Source of the DNA: a bacterium
GTDB lineage: Bacteria > SAR324 > JACQKK01
Direction of reading: 5' to 3'
Length of the DNA stretch: 64,000 bases
NCBI GenBank assembly: GCA_965240465.1
Contig: OZ251219.1
Location: 1,056,001-1,120,000 of the forward strand
Shown here: positions 9,983 through 20,900 of the stretch, in pieces
Position numbering within the stretch: the stretch's first letter is position 1
Layout: the number at the start of each line of letters is the position of its first letter
Position numbers and translations under genes: made by a program
Notes under the pieces: generated by a model
Databases searched by the model: none
Seen by the model: only the letters and a program-made list of their open reading frames with translations
Told to the model about the DNA's origin: nothing

Positions 9983-11332
9983 GTGGCCACATTGCTGAGG
10001 ATGCCCAGTTTGAGTCCCACCATGGAAAGTGGGGTGGTGGTGGAATTTAAAAAAGCAGAAGGCGAATATGCCGAGATGGGGGAGGTGTTTGCTGAGATAG
10101 AAACAGACAAAGCCGTCATGGAATATGAGCTGGTTTACGAAGGCTATGTGAAAAAATTGCTAGTGGAAACAGGAAAAGAACTACAGGTAGGAGATCCCAT
10201 TGCAATTCTGGCAGAAACGATGGAAGAAGATATCTCAGCCTGCTTGGCAGAAAGTAAGCAAGCAATCGTAAAGCAAGCAATCGTAAAGCAGGACATCGCA
10301 AGTCAAGATAAAATTACGGCTCAGGAAAAGCCCGAAGTATCGGCTGAAATAAAAACTGATGCCCCCCAACCAACTATCACAGCAGTCACCCAGGATACAA
10401 CTCCCCTTCAAGCTGTGGCAAATGGAGCCGAAAGAGAGCAGGTAACCAAACGCACCAAGATTTCTCCCTATGCACGCAAATTGGCTCAAGCTTCAGGGTT
10501 GAATTGGCAGGGGATGATCGGCAGAGGTGCTGGGGGACGAGTAATCGCTGCTGATATTGAGGTAATCCTAGCTAACAGTGGAGATGTTGGTCTGGGAGCA
10601 AGTGGGGGAATGGCGTCTACTCCTGCGGCGGCAGAAATATTTGGCAATAAGCCTCACATAGATGTGCCTCTGGGGATGATGCGCAAAGCAATTGGACGCA
10701 AAATGGTGGAATCTAAGACCTCTGCCCCTCATTTTCAAGTGAACTGTACCATAGCTGCTGATGGCTTGGTGGAAATTCGCAGTCAACTTAAGCAGGCACT
10801 GCCAAATTTACGAGTGTCGGTGAACGATTTTGTCATGCGTGCCTGTGCAATTGCACTGGCACAGCATCCTGAGATGAACAGCCATTTATTGGATGGATTT
10901 ATTAGGCGATATCGGCGGGTGGATTTAGCGGTGGCAGTGGCTACTGAAGAAGGTCTGTTGACTCCTATCATTGAAGATGTTGCTCAAAAGAGTTTGGTGC
11001 AGTTGGGCAGCGAACTGAGGGGCTTGGCTAAGAAAGCCCAAGCACGTCAATTGAAGCCTGAAGAATATACGGGAGGCACATTCACTGTCTCTAATTTGGG
11101 CATGTTTGGGGTGGATGGTTTTAATGCTATCTTGAACGTTCCTCAAGTGGGTATTTTAGCAGTCGCAGCAATTCTGGATGCAGCAGTAGTACGAGGTGGA
11201 AAAATAGAAGTGGGCAAGACAATGAACCTGACGCTTTCATGTGATCATCGAGCAGTAGATGGCATCAATGCGGCGTGTTTCATGGCTACCATACGGAGCT
11301 TATTGGAAGCTCCTGCAGCTCTGGCATTCTAA
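9983..11332 (+). CDS. pdhC: Dihydrolipoamide acetyltransferase (E2)
   Basis: MPSLSPTMESG, EIETDKA lipoyl site, ISPYARKLA E3-binding, DHRAVDG catalytic motif. Confidence 0.95.
   Translation: MATLLRMPSLSPTMESGVVVEFKKAEGEYAEMGEVFAEIETDKAVMEYELVYEGYVKKLLVETGKELQVGDPIAILAETMEEDISACLAESKQAIVKQAIVKQDIASQDKITAQEKPEVSAEIKTDAPQPTITAVTQDTTPLQAVANGAEREQVTKRTKISPYARKLAQASGLNWQGMIGRGAGGRVIAADIEVILANSGDVGLGASGGMASTPAAAEIFGNKPHIDVPLGMMRKAIGRKMVESKTSAPHFQVNCTIAADGLVEIRSQLKQALPNLRVSVNDFVMRACAIALAQHPEMNSHLLDGFIRRYRRVDLAVAVATEEGLLTPIIEDVAQKSLVQLGSELRGLAKKAQARQLKPEEYTGGTFTVSNLGMFGVDGFNAILNVPQVGILAVAAILDAAVVRGGKIEVGKTMNLTLSCDHRAVDGINAACFMATIRSLLEAPAALAF
10256..10290 (+). repeat. 15-bp in-frame tandem duplication in the pdhC linker (KQAIV)
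   Basis: aagcaagcaatcgta x2 plus a partial copy. Confidence 0.9.
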
Positions 11333-11430
11333 GTAATGCCTCTTAAAATAGTTGTTAGCAAAGCGTCAAGGAATGTTAAAGGCACATTAAATTCTGAAAA
11401 CAGAATGGTAAAATAGTAGGTTAAAGCAAC

Positions 11431-13080
11431 ATGAGGCACGCTTTTTTCTACACTATTTTATTAGGATTGTTCCTCTTTTTTGAGCCATGCTTGGCACAAG
11501 AAAATCAACCCCCCCTTAAATCGCCTGAGGATATTCCTCAGACGCCCTTGCAAGATTTATTAGCAGGCCTAAAAACCGAGCAACGCGGAGAAAAGCTATA
11601 TGTAGAGATATCGGTTGCCGAATTGTTGCACTTAACCCTGAAGGTTAATTTGAGTTTGGTTTCCTTGCGACTGCAAGAGCAAGAATTTCGTGCCAAACAG
11701 ATAGGAGCAAAGGGAATATTTGATTTCAATTTAGGTCTGGAAGCTGCAACAATCACCAGCACATTAGCAACCCATGGTGGTAATTCTGGCAATGTTGCAG
11801 ACGATAATTCTTATCTGGATATTTCTCGTTCCAAGAAAAATACTCAGCGGTTGGTATTAAGCAAGCCCACTCGGTTAGGATGGAAATATCAAATTAGTCA
11901 TTCACGCACTACTACGGATAGCACTTCTTATCAAGTGTCTAATCCGGGTGAGCAACCGGATCAAGGGATAACACGGCCGATTTTTTACACTCAGGAGACT
12001 GAGGTTAGGCTCACAATGCCTCTCAGGAAGGGGGCAGGCTGGAAATTCAACAGTATTCCCTTGCGTAGGTCTTATTTAGAATTCACGGCTCAGCGGCTAA
12101 TCAATCGTAGCAGGGAAGAGCAAATCTTAACCCAAGTGGCCTTACTATACTGGCAAATGGTGGGAGTACAAGAAACCCTGATTGCTCGCCAGCAGGCAGT
12201 TGAACTATCCGAACAACTATTGCAGGATGCCCGCACACGCTTTAATGTAGGAGCATTGGCTAGACAGGGAGTTATCTCTGCAGAATTGCGCTTGGCTAGT
12301 CGTAAGCAAGAAGCCTTGCAGGCGGAATTAGCAGTACTTGAAATTGAGAGCTTATTACAGGCTTTGCTGAATGTCAGCGATCTGCGTATTGGACTGATTG
12401 CCAAAGATGTGGCCGGAGAACACAGTATCAAGGATCTTAATCGCCAAGAATTGCTGGCACAGGTAAAGCAGAATCATCCTGAGCTAGCCCTGCTGGATAC
12501 TCAACTGGAGCAAACACGCCTAAATTTGCTGCAAGCAAAAAACAGTAGTCGCACTAAATTGGATTTAGATCTGTCTTATAAGCAAAAAGGTTTTGGTGAT
12601 TCTTACTCAACCAGTAGCAGAATACATAAGCCTCAGAACGAACAGGAAGTCAGGCTCACTTGGCAAATTCCTCTATTTGGACGCAAGCCGAAGTCTGATC
12701 GCCAGCGATATTTGTTGGAGGAACAGCGTACCTTCTTGGGTATCAAAAACAAACAAACAGAACTAGAAGTGAGTTTGCTAGGGATATTACTTGAATTACG
12801 CTTGAATAAAGGGGGCATTGCTCAAGCCGAAGCAGCAGAAAAATTGGCACGCACGAACTTAGAATCGGAGGTACAACGATTTAGAGTGGGACGCAGTACC
12901 AATACCGTGGTAACTCAAGTGCAAAATGAGTTCACCAACACCCAATTAGGAACTATTCTAGCCAAAACCAGATTTGAAGAATCTTATCTAAAGTTGTTAG
13001 CATTAACAGGCAATCTGTATGATACCTTTGGTTTGGAATCTACTTATGCCCCTGAAGTAAAAAGTAATGCCGTTAAATAA
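11431..13080 (+). CDS. TolC-family outer membrane efflux protein
   Basis: Signal peptide; two helical repeats (RFNVGA, RFRVGRST); LLALTG; sits upstream of MFP and RND genes. Confidence 0.85.
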   Translation: MRHAFFYTILLGLFLFFEPCLAQENQPPLKSPEDIPQTPLQDLLAGLKTEQRGEKLYVEISVAELLHLTLKVNLSLVSLRLQEQEFRAKQIGAKGIFDFNLGLEAATITSTLATHGGNSGNVADDNSYLDISRSKKNTQRLVLSKPTRLGWKYQISHSRTTTDSTSYQVSNPGEQPDQGITRPIFYTQETEVRLTMPLRKGAGWKFNSIPLRRSYLEFTAQRLINRSREEQILTQVALLYWQMVGVQETLIARQQAVELSEQLLQDARTRFNVGALARQGVISAELRLASRKQEALQAELAVLEIESLLQALLNVSDLRIGLIAKDVAGEHSIKDLNRQELLAQVKQNHPELALLDTQLEQTRLNLLQAKNSSRTKLDLDLSYKQKGFGDSYSTSSRIHKPQNEQEVRLTWQIPLFGRKPKSDRQRYLLEEQRTFLGIKNKQTELEVSLLGILLELRLNKGGIAQAEAAEKLARTNLESEVQRFRVGRSTNTVVTQVQNEFTNTQLGTILAKTRFEESYLKLLALTGNLYDTFGLESTYAPEVKSNAVK

Positions 13081-13123
13081 TAATTGACCAAATTTAATTG
13101 CTACCAACAAATTCTGACTAAAC

Positions 13124-14302
13124 ATGTTGAAAATTTTTACCATCAAAACAATTCCTTTTTACCGCTACATCTTTTTTCGTAGGTGTACGGGTATCCCAGG
13201 TTGGCGGGCAACAACTATGCTGTTGCTACTGGCATCTGTTTTGTTGGTCAGTTGTGATCGCAAAAAAGCCTCGGGAAAAAAAGATAAGCTGCTACAAAAT
13301 ATCCCGATCACTAGTCGTCTGGTGGAAGTAGTGGAGGTTGGTAGCTACAGCTTTGACGTAAAAAAAACCTATATCGGCCATCTGGAGCCTAATCAGCGAG
13401 TCAAGTTACAAGCGGAAACAGGTGGAGTGATGGAAAAAGTTAATGTCATAGAGGGCAAGAAGGTAGTGGAAAAACAAGAGATGTTTCGCATCTCTACCAA
13501 GGAAATAGTTACCAGAAGGAATTTAGCTAGGACAAACTATCAACTGAGCAATGCTGAATATCAACGTAGCAAAAAATTGCACGTGGATAAATTAATCTCT
13601 CCTGCCGAATTAGAACGCACATTTAATGCCCGAGAAGTAGCCCGATTGAATCTTAAGCTGGCAGATTTAGAATACGACAAATCTGTGGTGCGTGCTCCTT
13701 TTGATGGATTTACCTTCCAACTATCAGTGACATCAGGGGAATTTATTAAAAAAGGACGCTTGCTAGCGGAAGTATTGGATGTAAGTCGCTTTAAGGCAGC
13801 CATTAATGTGCCTGAGGAGGATATTCGCTTTTTCACCCCCGACCTCAAAATAAAGCTGTTCTTTGATGCCCTGCCAGGTTGGAAGCAAGAAGGTCAAATA
13901 TTCAGCGTGGGACAGGAGGCTAATCAAAACACTCGCGATTTCACAGTGGAAATTGTAACAGATAGCACCAATGAGCAATTACGCTCTGGCATGCTGGTGC
14001 GGGTGCAAGCTCAGCTGGCATCATTTGTTAATCAGGTGTTAGTGCCACTTCACGCTTTGATAGAAAGAGACGATGGAACCTTTGTGTTTATAGTGCAAAG
14101 AGAAGTATCTGTGTTAAGAAGGGTGGAAACCGGGGTTTTACGCGGAAATTTAGTACAAATAAATGAAGGGTTGCGGGTGGGGGAATTGCTGGTTGTCAGC
14201 GGTCAGCACAAATTGACAAACGAAGTCCCAGTACGGGTACGAAAAATAGAAATGGACTTAGGTACAGAAATAGGTACCGATAACAATCCCGATGATACCT
14301 AA
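13124..14302 (+). CDS. RND efflux periplasmic adaptor (MFP)
   Basis: Lipobox-like LLVSC, VRAPFDG, LRSGM, GLRVGELLVVSG. Confidence 0.9.
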   Translation: MLKIFTIKTIPFYRYIFFRRCTGIPGWRATTMLLLLASVLLVSCDRKKASGKKDKLLQNIPITSRLVEVVEVGSYSFDVKKTYIGHLEPNQRVKLQAETGGVMEKVNVIEGKKVVEKQEMFRISTKEIVTRRNLARTNYQLSNAEYQRSKKLHVDKLISPAELERTFNAREVARLNLKLADLEYDKSVVRAPFDGFTFQLSVTSGEFIKKGRLLAEVLDVSRFKAAINVPEEDIRFFTPDLKIKLFFDALPGWKQEGQIFSVGQEANQNTRDFTVEIVTDSTNEQLRSGMLVRVQAQLASFVNQVLVPLHALIERDDGTFVFIVQREVSVLRRVETGVLRGNLVQINEGLRVGELLVVSGQHKLTNEVPVRVRKIEMDLGTEIGTDNNPDDT

Positions 14303-14318
14303 ACTGGATGTAATATAA

Positions 14319-14816
14319 ATGTCCCCTGATAAAATAAAAAATGTTTCCCAGATTGAAAAACCCCAGTTTTCTCAGGGGTGGTATGTTTGTGGTTTTCTAT
14401 CATTAACCATGGCTTGGACCTTGTGGTTACCCCAGAAACCGCGGTTGTGGTATTATCCTCAAACGCTCCCTCAGCAGATGGCATCCTTATTGATAATCCT
14501 GGGACTGCTGTTTATTGCGGTCGGGATGGTGAAAAATCGTGGTCATTCTGTCAGAGGATGGTTCACAGGACTGTTACTGGTATCTGCTTTGTTGTTATTC
14601 CCTATTTGGTTAGCTAGACAGGCACTCAATTTTGGAGGTCAACTAGCACCCTTGCTGATGGCAGCTTTGCTGGTGGTAGGAGGCTGGTTCTTCTTAAAAA
14701 TAAAACTACCTCTTAACAAACGCCAAAAAATGGCTAAGGAATCAGATCCCGGACCAGAAGAACCAATAGCAGACCCTCAGGTTGCCGAACAAAAAAATAG
14801 TACTCCTTCAAATTGA
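14319..14816 (+). CDS. Hypothetical membrane protein (about 4 TM)
   Basis: Four hydrophobic segments; lies within the efflux cluster. Confidence 0.65.
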   Translation: MSPDKIKNVSQIEKPQFSQGWYVCGFLSLTMAWTLWLPQKPRLWYYPQTLPQQMASLLIILGLLFIAVGMVKNRGHSVRGWFTGLLLVSALLLFPIWLARQALNFGGQLAPLLMAALLVVGGWFFLKIKLPLNKRQKMAKESDPGPEEPIADPQVAEQKNSTPSN

Positions 14817-14936
14817 GTCTATCTTCCCCTGCTCCTTTGTATTCCTTAGTCAACCGATAAAGCAGGTTTTTGTATCATCTTGCTACCACATTAGAACATT
14901 AAGACATAACTTCCATTTTCTGTTCCACTGTAAGTT

Positions 14937-17900
14937 GTGATGTCTCCCAGCCTGATTGCTCTTCGTAATCCTAATACCGTTTTGCTGTTGACGGCACTTG
15001 TCGTCTTTATGGGATTCAGCGCGTATCGCAGTCTACCTAGGGAGGCTAGTCCAGATATTCAAGTACCCATCTTGATGGTGAACATTCCTTTCCCTGGGGC
15101 TTCACCAGCAGATGTAGAGAAATTGGTCACTCACGAAGCTGAAGAAAAACTTCAAAATGTGGATAATCTAGAAAAAATAACTTCAGTATCTGCAGAGAGT
15201 GTTTCCATCATCACCCTGCAATTTGCCCTTGGGTTTGACATCTCAAAAGCTCGCAACAAGACGCGTGAATTGCTAGATGAGGCCATACCATCCTTCCCAG
15301 AAGATGTGGAAGAACCGATTATTAGTGAAATCAACCTATCCGAAGAGCCATTCATTCGCATCGTGCTTTCAGGAGATATCAGCTTGGAAGATTTGAGGGA
15401 ATTGGCTGAGGCAATGGAAACAGATATTGAATCATTCGCAGAAACGCTGAAAGTCAATGTATTCGGTGGATTAAAGAGAGAAATTCAAGTTTATGTCAAT
15501 CCCGAAAAACTTCGTTACTACGGCACTTCATTGAATAGGGTAGCCAGTGTGGTGGCTTCTGAAAACAGCACCCTGCCTGGTGGTTCACTAGAAATAGGAC
15601 CACAACGCTACTCTATTCGTGTCCCCAGCGAATATAAAACCCCAGAAGAAATAAGTCAGGTTATTGTATCAGCTGTGGGGGATTCTTCTGTACATGTACG
15701 CGATCTAGCACGGGTAGTTTTTGGCTTTCAAGAGCAAGTATCGCGCTCACGACTGGACGGTAAGGAATCGGTTTCTGTAGCTGTTTCTAAACGCAGTGGT
15801 GCCAATCTGTTTAATCTCAGAGAAAAAATTGAGGGCTTGCTTAGCCAGTACAAGGAGCAGAACCCAAAGATACGCTTTGTCGTGTTGGCAGATACCTCGG
15901 TATTTGTGCGTCAGTTTGTCAATGATTTGGAAAACAATGTGATCACAGGCTTTTTATTAGTGTTTTTAGTACTGCTGATAGTAATGGGTGCCCGTAATGC
16001 TTTGTTGGTAGCCAGTGCGATTCCGCTATCTTTTCTGATGGCTATGATTGTGATGCGTCTGTTGAATTTCACCTTAAATTTTGTGGTGTTGTTCAGCCTG
16101 ATTCTCAGCTTAGGACTATTAGTGGATAACGCCATTGTGGTAGTGGAAAATATTTACCGTCACCTGCAAAGTGGGAAATCTCGCTTGGAAGCTGCCAAAC
16201 AAGGAGTACAAGAGGTAGCCATGCCTGTTTTTACCTCCACTCTGACTACCCTGGCGGCCTTTACTCCCTTGATTTTTATGCCGGGTATTGTAGGTGAATT
16301 TTTGTCTTATTTGCCGCGTACTCTCATTTTCACGCTTAGTGCCTCGTTAGTGGTGGGATTAGTGATTAACCCGGTCTTGTGTTCTCGGTTCTTAAAGATG
16401 CCCAAGAAAATCTTAAGAAATGATAATGAACTGGCTAATCTGGAAAAATCTCCGATGCTACTACGCTATAGACATTGGTTAGATTTTTGTCTGCAGAGAC
16501 GCAAACGCGTGTTGTTGGGGGCAGTGGGGGCATTTGTGGGAGTTATCTTCCTTTATGGAGTATTAGTGCTATCTAAAAAAGGGGTTGAATTCTTTCCTGA
16601 AACAGAGCCAGATAGCGCCACGATCACGGTGAGAGCAGCTCCTGGTGCCAGTTTGGATAATTCTGATGCCGTAATGCAACAATTGGAATATATCGTGGAT
16701 GAGAAGCAAGACAATTTGGTGTCCTATCTCACCAATGTAGGTGGTGGTGCCAGAGGCTCTTCAGGGGTGCATATCAGCCAATTGACTATGGAATTTCCTA
16801 TTTGGAAAGAGAGGAAATCCCGTCCTAGCGAGGTGATTGAAAACCTGCGGGAGGATATTAAGCAATTAGCAGGGGTAGATGCCAGCTTAGAACTACAAGC
16901 GGCAGGGCCTCCTACCGGTAAGCCTATCAACATAGAGTTGAGTGGTAATGACTTAAGAAAAATGTTGGAGATCAACAATGACATCAAAAGCCGTATTACC
17001 GACATTCCTGGATTAGTGGGTTTGGAAGATAATTTTGAGCGTGTGCGTCCCGAGCTTCAAATTCGGCTGGACAGAGCTAAAATTGCTCGTGCGGGTCTTT
17101 CCAGTCAGGAAATAGGAAAGCTGATACGCACCGCGTTTAATGGACGCACCGTATCAACCATGCGAGATGGGAAAAAAGAATATGACATCATAGTGCGTTT
17201 GGATGAACGCTTTCGTAACAGAATCCAAGATATTTCGGATCTACATGTGTTCACAAAAAATGGTGAGCAACTGCCATTAAGCGAATTAGCCATTATTTCT
17301 ACTGCTCCTGCTTTGGGTTCAATTCGCCATGTAGGGCTGGATAGGGTAATTACCATCTCTGCTGATGTTCAAGGTCGTTCAGGTCCGGTAGTCTTAAAAG
17401 ACGTGAGAGAACGCTTGCAGAATTTTCCTCTGCCTAAGGGCTTTGCGATTCGTTACACGGGCGAGCAAGAAGATCGCGAAGAAGCACAAAGTTTTCTGGG
17501 CGAGAGTTTTCTGGTAGTGCTGTTCCTAATATTCATTATCTTAGTCACCCAGTTTAATTCATTTCACATCCCCCTGATTATATTAAGCTCGGTAATGCTC
17601 TCTTTAATCGGAGTGTTTTTGGGACTAATTATTCACAACCGCCCGTTTAGCATCATGATGGGTGGTATCGGGGTAATATCCTTGGCAGGAATTGTGGTTA
17701 ATAACGCCATTGTGCTACTGGATTTCATCACCCAGCTTAGAAAGCGAGGATACGCTCTCAGGGAAGCAGTCTTGCTAGGCGGTATGGCGCGACTTCGTCC
17801 AGTATTGCTGACGGCTATTACAACGGTATTAGGGTTGCTTCCAGTAGCCATGAAAGTAGAATTTTCCCCGCTAAGTTGGCCGCCAATATTATTCGGTAGC

Positions 17901-18380
17901 GAGAGTGGAACCTTCTGGGTACCTATGGCATTAGCTGTGATTTATGGACTGTCGGTATCCACAGTGCTGACCCTGTTTTTTGTTCCTACATTGTACCTTA
18001 CTTTAGAAGAAAGCACTTGGAGTTTCCGTTCGCTACTCAAGATATTCAACCCGATGCTGTTGCTCAGTGGGGGCTTAAAACTAGCAAATGGAGTTTGGAA
18101 ACTGACTGATGCCCAGTTTCGTCGTCAATGCCTGCGGAGCGTACTTTCAAGTGTGATTGGATTATTCCAGCTGTTGCAAGTTTTGCTATCTCGCCTTAGG
18201 TGTTATTATCCTGTTGTTCGCCAATATGCTCTCTACTTAAAAGACAAAGCACTAAAGAAAGAAACATGGCAGGAATTAAGGAAGATGTTAATCCAACGCA
18301 TTCGCCAATTTATCAAACAGATTCTGCTACAGCTCAAAAATAAATGGCAGCAACTGCAAGAAACCCAAAATAAAAAATAA
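14937..18380 (+). CDS. RND efflux permease (AcrB/AcrD/AcrF family)
   Basis: PGASPADVE, LLVDNAIVVVENI, GIVVNNAIVLLD, RLRPVLLTAITT; extra C-terminal tail. Confidence 0.95.
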   Translation: MMSPSLIALRNPNTVLLLTALVVFMGFSAYRSLPREASPDIQVPILMVNIPFPGASPADVEKLVTHEAEEKLQNVDNLEKITSVSAESVSIITLQFALGFDISKARNKTRELLDEAIPSFPEDVEEPIISEINLSEEPFIRIVLSGDISLEDLRELAEAMETDIESFAETLKVNVFGGLKREIQVYVNPEKLRYYGTSLNRVASVVASENSTLPGGSLEIGPQRYSIRVPSEYKTPEEISQVIVSAVGDSSVHVRDLARVVFGFQEQVSRSRLDGKESVSVAVSKRSGANLFNLREKIEGLLSQYKEQNPKIRFVVLADTSVFVRQFVNDLENNVITGFLLVFLVLLIVMGARNALLVASAIPLSFLMAMIVMRLLNFTLNFVVLFSLILSLGLLVDNAIVVVENIYRHLQSGKSRLEAAKQGVQEVAMPVFTSTLTTLAAFTPLIFMPGIVGEFLSYLPRTLIFTLSASLVVGLVINPVLCSRFLKMPKKILRNDNELANLEKSPMLLRYRHWLDFCLQRRKRVLLGAVGAFVGVIFLYGVLVLSKKGVEFFPETEPDSATITVRAAPGASLDNSDAVMQQLEYIVDEKQDNLVSYLTNVGGGARGSSGVHISQLTMEFPIWKERKSRPSEVIENLREDIKQLAGVDASLELQAAGPPTGKPINIELSGNDLRKMLEINNDIKSRITDIPGLVGLEDNFERVRPELQIRLDRAKIARAGLSSQEIGKLIRTAFNGRTVSTMRDGKKEYDIIVRLDERFRNRIQDISDLHVFTKNGEQLPLSELAIISTAPALGSIRHVGLDRVITISADVQGRSGPVVLKDVRERLQNFPLPKGFAIRYTGEQEDREEAQSFLGESFLVVLFLIFIILVTQFNSFHIPLIILSSVMLSLIGVFLGLIIHNRPFSIMMGGIGVISLAGIVVNNAIVLLDFITQLRKRGYALREAVLLGGMARLRPVLLTAITTVLGLLPVAMKVEFSPLSWPPILFGSESGTFWVPMALAVIYGLSVSTVLTLFFVPTLYLTLEESTWSFRSLLKIFNPMLLLSGGLKLANGVWKLTDAQFRRQCLRSVLSSVIGLFQLLQVLLSRLRCYYPVVRQYALYLKDKALKKETWQELRKMLIQRIRQFIKQILLQLKNKWQQLQETQNKK

Positions 18381-18433
18381 ATCCATACCTTATTTGTTAA
18401 AAGCCTTAAAAATGTTTTCCTCAGTGGTTTACT

Positions 18434-19240
18434 ATGTCTCCTTGCCGCCAACCACATATTTGTACGGCTACGGTGTCTGATCTAGCTTCAGTAGTTTTTA
18501 ACAGGTTTTCCTTGCGAAGATTATCCTGGCAAAGGTTATCTAGGCTATTATTCTTACCTCGCTGTTGGAACTGTGGTTTATTGCTGGATGGCAAATCTCA
18601 CCAACCTTATTTTTGCTACTCCTGTTTTACAGAACTTCCATGGCAAGAAACTCCTCCGCCATGGCCTAGAAATCTCAGGGATAATCGTCGTCGCCACCTG
18701 GATGGCATCTGGTCTGCGTTAGCCTATCAACCCCCAGTGCAGTCGTGGATCTGGAATTTCAAGTATCATCGCCAAGACCAGCTAGCTTATATGTTGGGTT
18801 GGCTATTGGCACAAGCATCTCTCCAGTTATTTTCTAAACTCTCTTTCCAGATTGTGTTGCCTGTCCCTCTGCATCCCAGTCGTGTTGCTTGGCGTGGATT
18901 TAACCAATCGCAATTATTGGCTCGGTGCTGGCTTAAGCATCTTTCTGTAGAAAATAGTTTTTCAAAAAAAGTATCCGAGCCATTGCCTGAAATCAATACT
19001 CATTTACTGCAACGCGTCCAACCCACCAAACCCCAAATGGAGCTGTCCTTGGCAGAGCGTGCTGCTAATGTTCGTGATGCCTTTGCTCCTGCTAACCATA
19101 AGCCCAATCTTAGCAATAAGTGCATCTTGTTGGTGGATGATGTATTCACCAGCGGGAATACTCTCAATGCATGTGCAAAAACACTAAAATCTATGGGAGC
19201 TAGCGAAGTGTGGGGGTTTACTCTGGCGTGGAGACCTTAA
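18434..19240 (+). CDS. comF: ComF family protein (Zn ribbon + PRTase domain)
   Basis: CWNC...CYSC, PVPLH, RGFNQS, LLVDDVFTSGNT. Confidence 0.9.
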   Translation: MSPCRQPHICTATVSDLASVVFNRFSLRRLSWQRLSRLLFLPRCWNCGLLLDGKSHQPYFCYSCFTELPWQETPPPWPRNLRDNRRRHLDGIWSALAYQPPVQSWIWNFKYHRQDQLAYMLGWLLAQASLQLFSKLSFQIVLPVPLHPSRVAWRGFNQSQLLARCWLKHLSVENSFSKKVSEPLPEINTHLLQRVQPTKPQMELSLAERAANVRDAFAPANHKPNLSNKCILLVDDVFTSGNTLNACAKTLKSMGASEVWGFTLAWRP

Positions 19241-19242
19241 AA

Positions 19243-19623
19243 ATGAATTCATCAACAAGCAAATCATCGGTAAGAAAGCCTATAAAAAAGCCTTCCAAAC
19301 CTTCATCTGCAACCATCAAAAAAGATACTCCCAAAGCAGGTGATTCCCCCTTACGCGTTCGCATGCCATTAAAAATAGGCATCTTGCTGTTGGTCGTCCT
19401 CACCCTGATGAGCAGATGGGTAGATAATTCCTTGAAAGATATTCTGCTACTGGCGGCCATGGTAGTTGCCTTGTGGACTGCCTTCAGTCTGCCTTATATT
19501 CATCGTCCCCCGCCTCAACATAGAGATACTGTTTTTTTCCCTACCGCTCCATCTCTCAAACCCGACCAAGGATCTGATGAACCTCCTGACCCCAAAGATT
19601 CCGATAAATCTCCCTTACCCTAA
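19243..19623 (+). CDS. Hypothetical 2-TM membrane protein
   Basis: ATG 2 nt after the comF stop; two hydrophobic helices. Confidence 0.6.
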   Translation: MNSSTSKSSVRKPIKKPSKPSSATIKKDTPKAGDSPLRVRMPLKIGILLLVVLTLMSRWVDNSLKDILLLAAMVVALWTAFSLPYIHRPPPQHRDTVFFPTAPSLKPDQGSDEPPDPKDSDKSPLP

Positions 19624-19665
19624 AGTACATTGGCAAATAGGCGAGGGCTTTTCTTACTCTAACAG

Positions 19666-20751
19666 TTGCTCTTTGTGAACTTCCAACCAGAATATGAGCC
19701 GCTCCGCCAGCTGGCAGATCAGCATGGCTTCTTGACGAAAGACAAAGTGGAATACATGCTAGGCGGCGGCTCAGGCAAGCGATTTTTTCGAATGCAGGTT
19801 AATGCCTATCCCTCAAGCGATATTAGTAGCCAATCCTGTAGCTATGGGAGCATCGTGGGAGTACTGGCAGAAACCAGCGAGCAAGTTAAACAATTTACTA
19901 CTAGTACGAACTTTTTTGCCTCCCAAGGTTTGCCTGTAGTTCGCTGCTTGGCTACAGGAAGTACTCCCCCCTGTTATTTGCTGGAAGATCTAGGCAATTG
20001 GACACTCTCTCAGCGGTTACAGAAATGGAGAATCAATAAGACAGATAGCATCCTCCCCGCTCTCTCTAAGGTAGTTTCTTGGCTACCGCGTTTTCAATGG
20101 CACGGAACCCAAGGTTTTAATCGCCAGCAATTGCCTATCAGGAATAAAATTAACCACCGCACCATTCAGAAGGATTGGCAGACCTTTACCCAATTCTTTA
20201 TCAAAGAACATCACCGAGATATGTTGCCCTCTATGGTAAAAGCTCAAGCTGATATCAACCAATTACTTACGCAGGTAGCCGACTTAGAAGGTTGCTGGTT
20301 TTGCTATCGTGATTTCCACTGCCGCAATATCATGTGGCCTGCCGAAGATGCTACTGGCGGGCCAATCTTTATTGACTATCAAGATGGCATGCAAGGTCCT
20401 CTAGCTTATGACCTAATTTCTCTGCTCTACAGCCCCGATACTGGCATTAATTCAGACCAGCGTGCTCAGTTGACTACCACCTATCTAGAGGTACTTGCTC
20501 AGACAGGTTTGCCTGTGCCAGCTGATTTCTCTCGCCAGTGTCTTTTGCTTACTTGGCAAAGACGCACCCAAGCATTAGGGGCTTATGCCCGCATCGCCAA
20601 GCAGGGCAAGTCCGAATTTTTAGCAAAGATTCCAGTAGCAGTTGCAGATCTACTCCAATTGCTGAAAGACAATCAATTTCCGTCTGGGCTTCCATCTTTA
20701 CAGGATTGGATAAAAGAATTATTGGAGAAAGCAGCGGCTCTTAATTATTAG
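19666..20751 (+). CDS. APH-like phosphotransferase, probably anomeric MurNAc/GlcNAc kinase (AmgK-like)
   Basis: GSGKRFFR, LLEDLG, YRDFHCRNIM, IDYQD, GPLAYDLISLL. Confidence 0.75.
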   Translation: MLFVNFQPEYEPLRQLADQHGFLTKDKVEYMLGGGSGKRFFRMQVNAYPSSDISSQSCSYGSIVGVLAETSEQVKQFTTSTNFFASQGLPVVRCLATGSTPPCYLLEDLGNWTLSQRLQKWRINKTDSILPALSKVVSWLPRFQWHGTQGFNRQQLPIRNKINHRTIQKDWQTFTQFFIKEHHRDMLPSMVKAQADINQLLTQVADLEGCWFCYRDFHCRNIMWPAEDATGGPIFIDYQDGMQGPLAYDLISLLYSPDTGINSDQRAQLTTTYLEVLAQTGLPVPADFSRQCLLLTWQRRTQALGAYARIAKQGKSEFLAKIPVAVADLLQLLKDNQFPSGLPSLQDWIKELLEKAAALNY

Positions 20752-20900
20752 AGTATGATGTGCTACGAATTTCTCCGAGGATTATCCTTGTCTTCTAAAG
20801 AAATAAAAAGCAGGGATAAAAAATGATATTATGATTGAGAAAGTTGTTTTAAGCTAAGGATGCATATTCTAAAAGAGATATAGCATTCTAAACAAAGGAG

